A stretch of DNA of 64,000 bases, from positions 11,884-75,883 of the forward strand of contig JAZNZY010000019.1 in NCBI GenBank assembly GCA_045595165.1, in the 5' to 3' direction. The notes beneath the pieces are model-generated. The model was given only the letters and a program-made list of their open reading frames with translations, made no database searches and had not been told where the DNA came from. Each line of letters starts with the position of its first letter. Positions within the stretch are counted from its first letter, which is position 1. Shown here piece by piece: positions 35,374 through 44,635 of the stretch. This stretch comes from Eubacteriales bacterium. GTDB lineage: Bacteria > Bacillota > Clostridia > Oscillospirales > CAG-382. The translations under genes were made by a program, and so were the position numbers.

Positions 35374-36840
35374 TTGGAAGGACAAAACTGGAAACGAAAA
35401 GAATATGAAACCTGGGACGAAGCGTTCAGAGGTCTCGCTCCGGTTGTAAGACAGCAATCCGTAAGGGTGGCGGCTTACACGCAGGCTTTGTTTGTGCAGG
35501 CTGTTAAACTTCGCTTTGGCTCCAATACCGCCGCAGGAAAAGAACGAATGAAGGGACAATATGCGGACCTGATGTACAAATGCGGTTTGTACCATCAGCT
35601 TGGAAAAGCGTTGGTCCCCCCCGAATATCAAATTCTGCAAAACGATTTTACCGAAGAGGAATCTGCCGTGTATAAAAAATATACGACAGACGGCCGCGTG
35701 CTCGTTGCCGGATTGCAGGAAAAGGGTGCCCGTGCGAAGAACAAGCGCAAAGGCGAATTTGCCGAGCTTCCCACCAAGAATATCCCTTGGCTTATGCTCC
35801 GCGAATGCTGTGAGCAGCATATGGAGCGGTGGGACGGCAGCGGTTTCCCCGCAGGAAGGCTGGGAAGCGATACCAGCGTAGTCGCTCAGATAGTCGGCAT
35901 AGCAAAAGAGCTTGACAGGATCTCTTCGGAAACGCGTTCTGAAACCCCCTTTGAAATAGCTTATGAAACGCTGATAGCAGGCGCCGGCACGGCTTGGTCT
36001 ACCGAGCTTGTGGAGGTGCTCAAATCCGCCAAGGAGAGCTGTTACGCGGTTTATAATAAATACGTAGCATACACCCGCGCTTTGCCCAAAACAATACCTC
36101 TCGTTGAGCGCAGAGAGGACCGTGTAATGGGACTCAAGTACCGCCCGATGGTTTCGGACGGGGAGGGAACTGTGCTTATGTACGAAGCGAACCCTTGGTT
36201 TGGCGGCGTGGCTGACAGACCGAGCGAAACAGAAACCGCTTCGGAACTGCGCGAGTTGTTTAAGCGCACTAATTTGAGCGTGGAATTGGCATGGTACTTC
36301 TTATATGAGGCGACAGATACCATTCTGCGTATCAACAACTGCAATCTGTGTCTTGAGGGAGTTTTGCTCGAGATGCTTCCGGAATTTTACCTCTCCGGCA
36401 CACAGCTTCAAAACTTCAATAAGCTTTTCGAAGATCAGCCTATTGAAAAAGAGCAGCTGTTGCTTACCGTTCCCGAAGAGATAATCCGAACTTGCAGTAA
36501 AACAAATCTTGAGATTATCGAGCGTTATCTCCGCAACGGCATTTGCCTTGTTCTTGATGATTACCGGCCCGATGATGATCTCCCGCCGGAGCGTGTTATC
36601 GAGCTTGGATTTACAAAGGTTCGTCTTGCGTCCGAACTTTACAGAAAGAACGAGGGCGTTATCGCCATAAGCGAGCTTCGCAGCAAAGGACTTACCGTTT
36701 TAGGTAAAAATGCCGATACGCCCGAGGTTATCTCTTGGCTTGTTAATCACGGTGCATTGTGCTTTTCCGGCACGATGACGGGAATCCCCGTTAATGACGA
36801 TGAGCTTATTCTTGATTCCCTGGCAAGGGAGCAAGCGTAA
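35374..36840 (+). CDS. Cytoplasmic degenerate HD-GYP + degenerate EAL-like two-domain protein (c-di-GMP-related)
   Basis: TTG start after AAAGGAAG. HD-GYP-type block 'QHMERWDGSGFPAGRLG', but the upstream 'HD..GK' reads 'YHQLGK'. The C-terminal half follows EAL-domain order with substituted catalytic positions ('YRPMV', 'EAN' for EAL, 'LDDYR' for DDFG, 'KVR' for K-x-D, 'SGTMTGIPV' for QGY...P). Confidence 0.65.
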   Translation: MEGQNWKRKEYETWDEAFRGLAPVVRQQSVRVAAYTQALFVQAVKLRFGSNTAAGKERMKGQYADLMYKCGLYHQLGKALVPPEYQILQNDFTEEESAVYKKYTTDGRVLVAGLQEKGARAKNKRKGEFAELPTKNIPWLMLRECCEQHMERWDGSGFPAGRLGSDTSVVAQIVGIAKELDRISSETRSETPFEIAYETLIAGAGTAWSTELVEVLKSAKESCYAVYNKYVAYTRALPKTIPLVERREDRVMGLKYRPMVSDGEGTVLMYEANPWFGGVADRPSETETASELRELFKRTNLSVELAWYFLYEATDTILRINNCNLCLEGVLLEMLPEFYLSGTQLQNFNKLFEDQPIEKEQLLLTVPEEIIRTCSKTNLEIIERYLRNGICLVLDDYRPDDDLPPERVIELGFTKVRLASELYRKNEGVIAISELRSKGLTVLGKNADTPEVISWLVNHGALCFSGTMTGIPVNDDELILDSLAREQA

Positions 36841-36858
36841 ACTCGTTGGTGAGGCACT

Positions 36859-37884
36859 ATGGCAGAGAAAAAGAAGCCTAAAGAGCAAAAGTTAACGGGA
36901 GCGGAGAAAAAGCAGCGCGGTCTGTTCAAAAAGAAACGCGCCGGTATCGTCCTGACCAAGGACGAGGTAAAGCAGATCAAAGCAGGCAGGAAGAAGCTCC
37001 GCCGCGATATGCGCAAGGCGGGAATAAAGAGCAAGAAGGAGTTCGAGCTCACCGCTTCCTCAATGGGTCTGTATTTTGATAAGCGAAAGCCACTTGTACT
37101 TTTCTGGTGGTGGTTACGCGGCAAAGGGATATGGTTCTTGCTTGCTGCAGGAGCACTTGCACTGGCTGCGCTTTACGGAATATCCTATATCACCGAGCTG
37201 AGAGGACATTTTACCATAAGCATGTCGGGCGATATGTTCCGTGAGGGATTCACTATATCGGAAACGGTAGGGTTTGAGAATCCCACTTCCCATTTGTTTG
37301 CTACCCCTGCGGAAGGAGTACCGTGTATATCTATTTATGATATACCCGAAAATGTCGATGATATCGACGGCGCTCATAATGCGAATTATTTCGCATATAC
37401 GTTTTACCTTCGTAACGAGGGTGAAACCGCCCAGGATATAGATTGGGTTCTCCGCCTTAATTCGGAAAGCTTGTCTGTATCAGATGCGGCTTGGGCGATG
37501 ATCTTTCTTGACGGCAAGATGCAATTTTACGCCAAGGCGGACGAGGACGGAAATGTCCAGTGCCTTCCCGCGGCGGACGATAATACCAGAGGATATACAA
37601 AAGCCCCTCTTTATGACAAAGCTCTTTATCCCGACGAACAGTACGAGATTATAAAGAGTATGGGTGAAATGACCTTCTGGCGCGTCAAGCCAAAACCGTT
37701 TATCTCCGAGCTTTCTATAGATTCCGGCAGAATAACGGATATCCAGCCTTTTGAGGTCCACAAATTCACCGTGGTCATCTGGCTTGAGGGGGACGACCCC
37801 CAGTGCACCAATGATCTTATAGGCGGTCATTTGGGATTGGAATTTTATATGGAAATGGTGGAAGAGAATGACACCGCCGAATAA
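36859..37884 (+). CDS. Signal-anchored TasA-like-family protein with long K/R-rich cytoplasmic N-tail (341 aa)
   Basis: About 85 basic residues, then a TM span (IWFLLAAGALALAALYGISYI), then an extracytoplasmic domain ending 'FTVVIWLEGDDPQCTNDLIGGHLGLEFYM'. This motif is shared with the 40534 and 46516 proteins. Confidence 0.6.
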   Translation: MAEKKKPKEQKLTGAEKKQRGLFKKKRAGIVLTKDEVKQIKAGRKKLRRDMRKAGIKSKKEFELTASSMGLYFDKRKPLVLFWWWLRGKGIWFLLAAGALALAALYGISYITELRGHFTISMSGDMFREGFTISETVGFENPTSHLFATPAEGVPCISIYDIPENVDDIDGAHNANYFAYTFYLRNEGETAQDIDWVLRLNSESLSVSDAAWAMIFLDGKMQFYAKADEDGNVQCLPAADDNTRGYTKAPLYDKALYPDEQYEIIKSMGEMTFWRVKPKPFISELSIDSGRITDIQPFEVHKFTVVIWLEGDDPQCTNDLIGGHLGLEFYMEMVEENDTAE

Positions 37885-38030
37885 CCCCGGTTTTTTCGGT
37901 CAGTACCGCGACCTGGCCGTTTAAATATCATATATATTCGCAAAGGCGTGAATATCGATAAAGGGTATTTGCGCTCCGACCAAAAAAACAAAAAAACAAA
38001 AAATAAAAACAAAAGAAAGAAGGCAAAAAA

Positions 38031-40340
38031 ATGCAAACACAAGAAACAAAGCAGACCTATGGTATAAAAGGTAAGCTTATTTCTGCAGTGGCTATGCTTT
38101 TGGTAGCTATCATCATGGTAGTATCCTCTACCTATGCATGGTTCACACTTTCTACGGCACCCGAAGTAACGGGTATCTCTACCGCAGTCGGCGCAAACGG
38201 CGCTCTCGAAATGCTCCTGCTCACTCAGGATGCTACCGGTAACTGGGTTTACAACGATGGTCTCGTTGGCGAAAAGACTGTAACCGAGAAAAACACTTAT
38301 TGGGGTAACTTGGTTGACGTTTCCACCGGTTACGGTTTGGATAACATAGTTCTTTATCCCTCCCAGTTATCTCTTGATAACACAGGCGCTATCAAGCCCG
38401 GTGTTGTTGAATTCCCCGTATACGGCGCAGACGGACGTGTTTCCGTTCTTTCTCCCAATGCTGTAACCGGTATTTATGAAGGCACTGCTTTCTATCCCGG
38501 CAACGGCTACGGTGTACGTGCGGTCGGTTCTTCCTCCGGTATGACAGAACGCCAGCTCGCATACCGTAACGCACTCTCTGCTGCAGGCACCAATATGGCT
38601 CAGGCAAAGAGAGATGCTGCCACTGCTCTTTCTACAAACGGTAATGCAATCGCGGATATTGCTGTAAGAAAAGGTACTGCTGAAAGCGGCGATGGCTCTT
38701 ATAACCAGCAGGACGTTAAGAATCTTCTTGCTTTGACTACCGCGCTCAACAGCGTTGTTGCACAAATGGAAGAATCCTACAAGCAGTATATTATTGCTTA
38801 TGCCGCAAGTGCTGCGCTTGTTACTCCTGACGGAGCAGATGAGGCAACAAAGCTTGCTTATGAAAACTTCTACGCAACCGTTGAAACTTGGTTTGCAACT
38901 GAAGGAAATACCATATACAACTTCGCAACCAATTTCACTCCTGCTGATGGTATCACCATTTCTCTGCCTACTCAGGTAGCTACCGGTATTGCTAAGCTCG
39001 CAACCACTAAAACCGATGTTAACACTGCTCACACTAAATTGACCGCAATTCATGACAGAACCGATACGGACGGTAAGAAATACAGCGAATATACTACAGA
39101 TGAAGAACTCAAAAAGCTTAGTGAAGCATCTGTTGCTTGGGCGGATAGCACTGCAGGCGCCGGTGACGGACTCGGTTCTGCTCTTACTTCCCTTGTTACC
39201 ATAAACGCAATTACAGTATCCGGCTGGAAAGTAAGCGATATCTTGGCTAACAAAGATGCGTTTGCAGCTGATGCTATGGCACAGTTTGGTTCCGGCGGTA
39301 TCGCTCTTGAAATCAAGACCGGCGGCGGCGTATTGGCAGATATTGCAGACCAGTGCGGAAATTATGAAGCTAAGATCGTTATCAGCGAGATCACCTACGG
39401 TGTAACCCTCAAAGATGTTCCTGCACACATGAAAGCTGTAACTGATAACGCTATTACTAATTGTACAGACACCTATCTCGGCGATATTAAGACTGCTGTT
39501 AATGCTGTTGGCGCTCCCGAAAATGACGGCGCAGAAAAAATGCCTATTTCCGAATACTACGGATATATCGTTGACCTTGCGTTCCGTACCAATGCTGCAG
39601 AATCCAACCTCCTTCTCCAGACCGCACCCAAGGACCGTATCTACAGCGATAACGCTGAAAACGAGCTTACCTGGGGCAAGGGTAGCACTATGACCTTCAA
39701 GGCTACCGCTGCAGATTTCACCGATCAGGATGTAAAGGATCTTATGGAGCATATTAACATAGTATTCTTTACTCCCGGTAAAACTGCAAACGATAACAAT
39801 ACCGTTCTTGCATACGCAAAGCTTGACGTTGCAAACGCTACGGTCAGCGCTGCAGACGGTGTTACCGCAGATATCTATCTGTGCGAAATGGTAGATGCAT
39901 ACAAGTGCACTCTTGCAGATAATACAACCGTTACTTTGTACAAGGTTGTAACTCCCGCAGTAGCAGACGATCCCAGTACTGATGAAAACGAAACTGCCGC
40001 AGAAGTTGTTACTTACTACGAAGATTACGAACATACGAAGGTATATACGGTTCCTGGAGATGCTACTGTTGATACAACTGCAACCAAGGTAGTACATTGG
40101 CTTAAGGAAGATGACGCTGTCATCAAGAAGCTTACTCAGAACACCGCAGAAAACGTTTCCGTTCTCGTATACCTTGACGGTTCCACCATCACCAATGCAG
40201 ACGTTGCAGCTACCGTTGCAACCTCTATGACCGGTTCTATGAACCTTCAGTTTGCAAGCTCTGCTACTCTCGATCCTATGGATTACGAAGAGTTTAAGAA
40301 TCCCGCAAACAATAACCAGGGCGGCACTCAGAATCCTTAA
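38031..40340 (+). CDS. Putative major fibre subunit: 769-aa protein with SipW-cognate (TasA/camelysin-type) N-terminus
   Basis: N-terminus 'KLISAVAMLLVAIIMVVSSTYAWFTLSTAPEVTGISTAVGANGALEMLLL'. C-terminal 'VSVLVYLDGSTITNADVAATVATSMTGSMNLQFASS'. Almost no TTA/CTA/TCA codons (a 576-aa in-register mirror ORF exists). Own A-rich leader and a downstream terminator. Confidence 0.7.
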   Translation: MQTQETKQTYGIKGKLISAVAMLLVAIIMVVSSTYAWFTLSTAPEVTGISTAVGANGALEMLLLTQDATGNWVYNDGLVGEKTVTEKNTYWGNLVDVSTGYGLDNIVLYPSQLSLDNTGAIKPGVVEFPVYGADGRVSVLSPNAVTGIYEGTAFYPGNGYGVRAVGSSSGMTERQLAYRNALSAAGTNMAQAKRDAATALSTNGNAIADIAVRKGTAESGDGSYNQQDVKNLLALTTALNSVVAQMEESYKQYIIAYAASAALVTPDGADEATKLAYENFYATVETWFATEGNTIYNFATNFTPADGITISLPTQVATGIAKLATTKTDVNTAHTKLTAIHDRTDTDGKKYSEYTTDEELKKLSEASVAWADSTAGAGDGLGSALTSLVTINAITVSGWKVSDILANKDAFAADAMAQFGSGGIALEIKTGGGVLADIADQCGNYEAKIVISEITYGVTLKDVPAHMKAVTDNAITNCTDTYLGDIKTAVNAVGAPENDGAEKMPISEYYGYIVDLAFRTNAAESNLLLQTAPKDRIYSDNAENELTWGKGSTMTFKATAADFTDQDVKDLMEHINIVFFTPGKTANDNNTVLAYAKLDVANATVSAADGVTADIYLCEMVDAYKCTLADNTTVTLYKVVTPAVADDPSTDENETAAEVVTYYEDYEHTKVYTVPGDATVDTTATKVVHWLKEDDAVIKKLTQNTAENVSVLVYLDGSTITNADVAATVATSMTGSMNLQFASSATLDPMDYEEFKNPANNNQGGTQNP

Positions 40341-40379
40341 TCGTCCCCTTAATTACTTAATACTTTAAGTACTTACTTT

Positions 40380-40426
40380 CTTCCTCCGCGGGCAACCGCG
40401 GGGGAAGAAAACCCATTTTATTTTTT
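40380..40426 (+). terminator. Intrinsic terminator/attenuator after the 769-aa gene
   Basis: 12-bp stem CTTCCTCCGCGG / CCGCGGGGGAAG (one G-U pair), loop GCAA, then AAAACCCATTTTATTTTTT. Confidence 0.65.
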
Positions 40427-40533
40427 ATATTTACTGCTTTTTTCTCTCTTCTTTTTCGCGGTTTTTAAAAAGAACGGAGAAAAGCGCGGTAACCTATTAA
40501 CCGTATCCACACATTTTTGGCAGGTGAGCAGTT

Positions 40534-41556
40534 TTGGATACCAATACCTTTAACCAAAAAGAAAACGGAAAAAGCACCCTGGGCAAGCGTGTTATAATAT
40601 ATTTTTATATGATCCTCATTCTGCTCATATTGGTTACCACCGCTACCTACACTTGGTTTGCTTTAAGCAAAACACCCCGTGTAAGCAATATGGCAATGTA
40701 TATTACCGCACCCGTCGGCTTGGAGCTTGCGCTCACGCCTGACAGCGCCGAATGGGGAAGTCAGCTTTCCTTTTTGGATATGATTCCGGAAACCACTCCT
40801 CTCCGCCCCGTAACATGGTCAAATGCAGATGGCATCTTTTACGCCGCTTCATACGGTATAGACGGCAGGCTTACACACCGTTGGCAGCCCCTTTCCGACG
40901 ATGTCAACGCAAACCGCAATAATTACGAAGGATATTATTGTGTGGGCACCTTTTACGCCCGCACGGGTGAAAACGTAACCGTATCCTTAAGCCCCGCGGT
41001 GGAGGTATCCGAAGGGGTGGCGGGCTCGGGCACATATCTTATCGGCACTCCCATCTGGGATGCAGGCGAGATCGCTCACCAAAACGCAGGTCTGGGCGCA
41101 GAAAACGCAATGCGTATCGGAATAAAGATAACCTATCTGGATACCGCCTTGCTTCCCATTGAAGACAGCTCCGTGTTTTATATATACGAGCCCAACTGCG
41201 ATACCCACGCAGACGGATCCGTAGGCTACGTTCCCACTCCCAGTATAGATGGAACGAACACCCTCATTCCCGAGGACAAGCTCATAACCCAGACACATTC
41301 CACATGGACCGAGGCAGATCCGGTGCAAAACGGTGTTCAGGTGTATGAATTCGGTGAATTCACTTCTCCCGTAGAGCTGTTTTATCTCAAAGCCGAGCAA
41401 AAGGTTATGATACAGTTTTACATTTGGCTGGAAGGTCAGGATATAGACTGCACAAACCGTATCGAAGAAGCTCAAATATTGGCGAATATTCAGTTTTCCG
41501 CTGCTTTTGAAGGCGGCTCCGGTTTGCAGCCCATATATCCCGAAGAAAGCGAGTAA
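40534..41556 (+). CDS. TasA-like-family minor subunit (340 aa) with SipW-cognate-type N-terminus
   Basis: TTG start after AGGTGA. 'ILILLILVTTATYTWFALSKTPRVSNMAMYITAPVGLELAL'. C-terminal 'IQFYIWLEGQDIDCTNRIEEAQILANIQFSAAFEG'. Confidence 0.6.
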   Translation: MDTNTFNQKENGKSTLGKRVIIYFYMILILLILVTTATYTWFALSKTPRVSNMAMYITAPVGLELALTPDSAEWGSQLSFLDMIPETTPLRPVTWSNADGIFYAASYGIDGRLTHRWQPLSDDVNANRNNYEGYYCVGTFYARTGENVTVSLSPAVEVSEGVAGSGTYLIGTPIWDAGEIAHQNAGLGAENAMRIGIKITYLDTALLPIEDSSVFYIYEPNCDTHADGSVGYVPTPSIDGTNTLIPEDKLITQTHSTWTEADPVQNGVQVYEFGEFTSPVELFYLKAEQKVMIQFYIWLEGQDIDCTNRIEEAQILANIQFSAAFEGGSGLQPIYPEESE

Positions 41557-41577
41557 ACTTTAAAAGGAGTATCTGGT

Positions 41578-42066
41578 ATGGATACAAATATTACTCCCGT
41601 TCAACCTAAAAAGAAGAAAAAGAAAAAATTAATTATCGCCCTTTCCGTAACTGCCGTCTTGCTTGCAATAGTTTTGTGCTTGACTGCGGTCGTCGCCTTT
41701 GAGGTTGTCCGTTTTACCCTCACTCTTGATTACGTTTTGACTTCCGGCGACGGTGTTCCCACGCTGTTCGGTTACACGGTGTTTCGAGCGCAGACGGATT
41801 CTATGTATCCCGAATTTTCCTCAGGTGCATATCTGGTCGGAGATCCGGATTTCGACCCGGCAGATCTCCGTCCGGGGGATATTATAACCTATTGGACGGC
41901 TATTGGCGGCGAACGTGTGCTGAATACTCACCGTATCGTAAACGTATATGATGGCGGCGATTATCTCATTTTTGAAACAAGGGGAGATAATAATACGGCT
42001 TCGGATCCCCTTACGGTACACGAAAGAGAGATCGTGTCCGTATATAAATTCAGCTTTGGCGGATGA
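41578..42066 (+). CDS. sipW: SipW-type (archaeal/ER-type S26B) signal peptidase I, short form without C-terminal TM (162 aa)
   Basis: N-terminal TM span, catalytic Ser block 'QTDSMYPEF', 'NTHRIV' His block, 'RGDNN'. AAGGAG RBS. Confidence 0.8.
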   Translation: MDTNITPVQPKKKKKKKLIIALSVTAVLLAIVLCLTAVVAFEVVRFTLTLDYVLTSGDGVPTLFGYTVFRAQTDSMYPEFSSGAYLVGDPDFDPADLRPGDIITYWTAIGGERVLNTHRIVNVYDGGDYLIFETRGDNNTASDPLTVHEREIVSVYKFSFGG

Positions 42067-42157
42067 ACCCTTTTAAAGTACAAATATTAAGCATACTGCT
42101 TTGAATATATCGCGCACTCTAAAATTTATTTCCGTATTAAACGGATGGAGGATGTCC

Positions 42158-42994
42158 ATGAATAAAAACGAAAAAGTTCAAAAAACAGCAAATGAGAACG
42201 TTGAAAAAGTAGAGAAAAAGCAGCGTAAGCCCCGCAAGGTGCTTAACACCATAATAAATGTTGTGCTTATTATCGCCATAATTGTTGCCGGTGTTGCTAC
42301 TTACGTTTCCTTCGTATCCTCATCCGGTCAAGGCGCACCCAATATATTCGGTTTGCGCTTGCTGTCCATACAGACAAACTCAATGGCAGATACCCTTATG
42401 CCCGGCGACCTTGTCGTTTCCACCGGCGTTAAGGACCCTGCAGATCTCCGTCCCGGGGATATCATTACATATTGGACAGTTATTAACGGCGAACGTGTGC
42501 TTAATACCCACCGTATTATAAATATTTACGATGGCGGCGATTATCTCATATTCGAAACTCAGGGTGATAACAACACTACAGTCGACCCTCTCACCGTTCA
42601 CGAAAGCGAAATTATAGGTAAATACAGCTTCCATATTTCCGGTGTAGGTAAGGTATTTGACTATCTGCAGACTCCTACCGGATTCCTTATAGTAGTTGTT
42701 GTTCCCGTATTCATATTCTTTATTTACCACCTCGTTCAGTTCTTCCGCGTACTGTTTGAATATCAGAATGTGAAGAACCGTATTAAGTACGAGCAGGAAC
42801 GCGGCCGTACCGAAGATCTTATCGCCGCACAGCAGGAAGAACAGGCAAAGAAGGAAGCGGAACGCGCTCAGATGGAAGCAGAGCTCAGAGAAAAACTGCG
42901 CGCAGAGCTGCTTGAGAGTATGGCAAAGGAACAGCAAGCCGCACAGGAACAGAAAGCGCCTGAAAGCGAACAAGAAACAGAACAGGGTGAATAG
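42158..42994 (+). CDS. sipW: SipW-type signal peptidase I with C-terminal TM and charged coiled tail (278 aa)
   Basis: 'QTNSMADTL', 'NTHRII', 'QGDNN'. Long identical runs with the upstream paralog ('DPADLRPGDIITYWT', 'GERVLNTHRI', 'YDGGDYLIFET'). A second TM span (FLIVVVVPVFIFFIYHLV) and a Q/E/A/K-rich tail. Start set at ATG 42158 after GGAGG. Confidence 0.8.
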   Translation: MNKNEKVQKTANENVEKVEKKQRKPRKVLNTIINVVLIIAIIVAGVATYVSFVSSSGQGAPNIFGLRLLSIQTNSMADTLMPGDLVVSTGVKDPADLRPGDIITYWTVINGERVLNTHRIINIYDGGDYLIFETQGDNNTTVDPLTVHESEIIGKYSFHISGVGKVFDYLQTPTGFLIVVVVPVFIFFIYHLVQFFRVLFEYQNVKNRIKYEQERGRTEDLIAAQQEEQAKKEAERAQMEAELREKLRAELLESMAKEQQAAQEQKAPESEQETEQGE

Positions 42995-43022
42995 TCCTTA
43001 TTCACCTTAGAAGAAAGTTGAT

Positions 43023-44603
43023 ATGGATAATTTTTTAAGATATTTTTTCCAGGATATAAATAATATTCTCGATGGTTTCGCAGAGTTTTTCAAATCTTTG
43101 TGGTATTGTCTGAATTTGTTGTTTAATTTCCCAAAAAGATTTGATCTTATAAAACAATACGATGAATCCTTCACCACTACGGACTGGATATTGGTGTTAG
43201 TTGTTAATGCGATCTTGCTCGTGTTCGCTGTCGCAATTATTATCGGCGTTATTATGCTGTTAAAAAAGATATTCCGTTTCCGTGTCCCCGCAAAAAAGTA
43301 CGATGAACTCAAAAAGCAGGTTCAGCATCTTCAAAGAGATCTCGTCCGCGCCAATTACGAAAAGGACAGACTTCTGGCAATGCGTGTGGAACAGCTCGGC
43401 GGAAAAAATCCTTTGGATCTTACCCCGCCCGAAGGGGAAGAGGAAGAAAAAGAGGAGCAGGAGGAATACGTTGCTTCCGCAAACCGCAACAGATTCGATT
43501 CTCCTTGTGTAGATCCTGCCGAAAGCCGTTTCTTCAGACTCACCGGTGTTGATAATTACTATAAAACCGAATATGTCGCTCCCGAGTACGATAACGAGAT
43601 CACCTTGGCAGAGCTTTGTGAAAGATTCCGTAAGTACGCGGCGTCCCGCCTTAAGCTGTATTACGATCTCGATATGATGCGGTATTTTATCGCGTCTATG
43701 GGTACCACCAGAATTATCATTCTTCAGGGTATTTCCGGTACAGGTAAAACCAGTTTGCCTTATGCGTTCGGTAAATTCGTTCAAAAGGATACTACTGTTG
43801 TGTCCGTTCAGCCTTCCTGGCGTGAACGTACCGAGCTTTACGGTTATTTCAACGAATTTACAAAGAAGTATTCCGAAACCGAATTCCTTCGCGCTATTTA
43901 CGAGAGTAATTATTTCAGAGATCCTCATATCGTTATTCTCGACGAAATGAACATCGCCCGTGTTGAGTATTACTTTGCGGAAATGCTTTCAATTTTGGAA
44001 ATGCCTCTGCAGGAGGAATGGAAGGTTGACGTTGTTACCGCGGTGTGGGATAACGACCCCTGCCTTATAAACGGCGGTACGGTGCAGATAACCAATAACG
44101 TTTGGTTTGTCGGTACTATTAATAACGACGACTCTACCTTCGCCGTTGCGGATAAAGTGTACGACCGTGCTATTCCTATCGACCTTGACAGCCGCGCAGA
44201 TCCCTTTGAGTGCGAAGATACCGAGCCGGTGTATATTTCCACCGATCATCTTAACGCTATGTTTGCGCAGGCAAAAGAGGATTACCCCATATCCGAAGAG
44301 ATAATCCAAAAGCTGGAAGTTGTAAACGATTATGTTATCAAAAACTTCCGTCTTGCTTTCGGTAACCGTATTATGAAGCAGATCCGCGAATTCGTGCCCT
44401 GCTTTATCGCTTGCGGCGGAACCGAGATACAGGCAGTTGACTTTATCGTTGCAAAGAAGGTTTTGCGTAAGTTTGAATCTCTCAGTATCGGCTTTATGAA
44501 AGACGAGCTTACAAAATTCAGCAACTTTTTGGATAGAACCTTTGGCAAAAACGTAATGGTACATTGCAAAACGTACATAGAATTGCTTAAGAAAAATAAT
44601 TAA
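43023..44603 (+). CDS. Membrane-anchored McrB-like AAA+ (AAA_5-type) NTPase (526 aa)
   Basis: One TM span (ILVLVVNAILLVFAVAIIIGVIMLL), a coiled segment and an acidic stretch. Then Walker A 'GISGTGKTS', Walker B 'IVILDEMN', 'ARVEYYFAEMLSILE' and 'VGTINNDDSTFAVADKVYDRA' (McrB-type N-x-x-D block). Confidence 0.75.
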   Translation: MDNFLRYFFQDINNILDGFAEFFKSLWYCLNLLFNFPKRFDLIKQYDESFTTTDWILVLVVNAILLVFAVAIIIGVIMLLKKIFRFRVPAKKYDELKKQVQHLQRDLVRANYEKDRLLAMRVEQLGGKNPLDLTPPEGEEEEKEEQEEYVASANRNRFDSPCVDPAESRFFRLTGVDNYYKTEYVAPEYDNEITLAELCERFRKYAASRLKLYYDLDMMRYFIASMGTTRIIILQGISGTGKTSLPYAFGKFVQKDTTVVSVQPSWRERTELYGYFNEFTKKYSETEFLRAIYESNYFRDPHIVILDEMNIARVEYYFAEMLSILEMPLQEEWKVDVVTAVWDNDPCLINGGTVQITNNVWFVGTINNDDSTFAVADKVYDRAIPIDLDSRADPFECEDTEPVYISTDHLNAMFAQAKEDYPISEEIIQKLEVVNDYVIKNFRLAFGNRIMKQIREFVPCFIACGGTEIQAVDFIVAKKVLRKFESLSIGFMKDELTKFSNFLDRTFGKNVMVHCKTYIELLKKNN

Positions 44604-44635
44604 TGTGTTTATAAATTCAGGAAGGAGGGCGTGTA

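Noticed and set aside
38367-40097. 576-aa minus-strand ORF
   Set aside because: It is an in-register mirror of the 769-aa TasA-like gene, the same codon-bias artefact.
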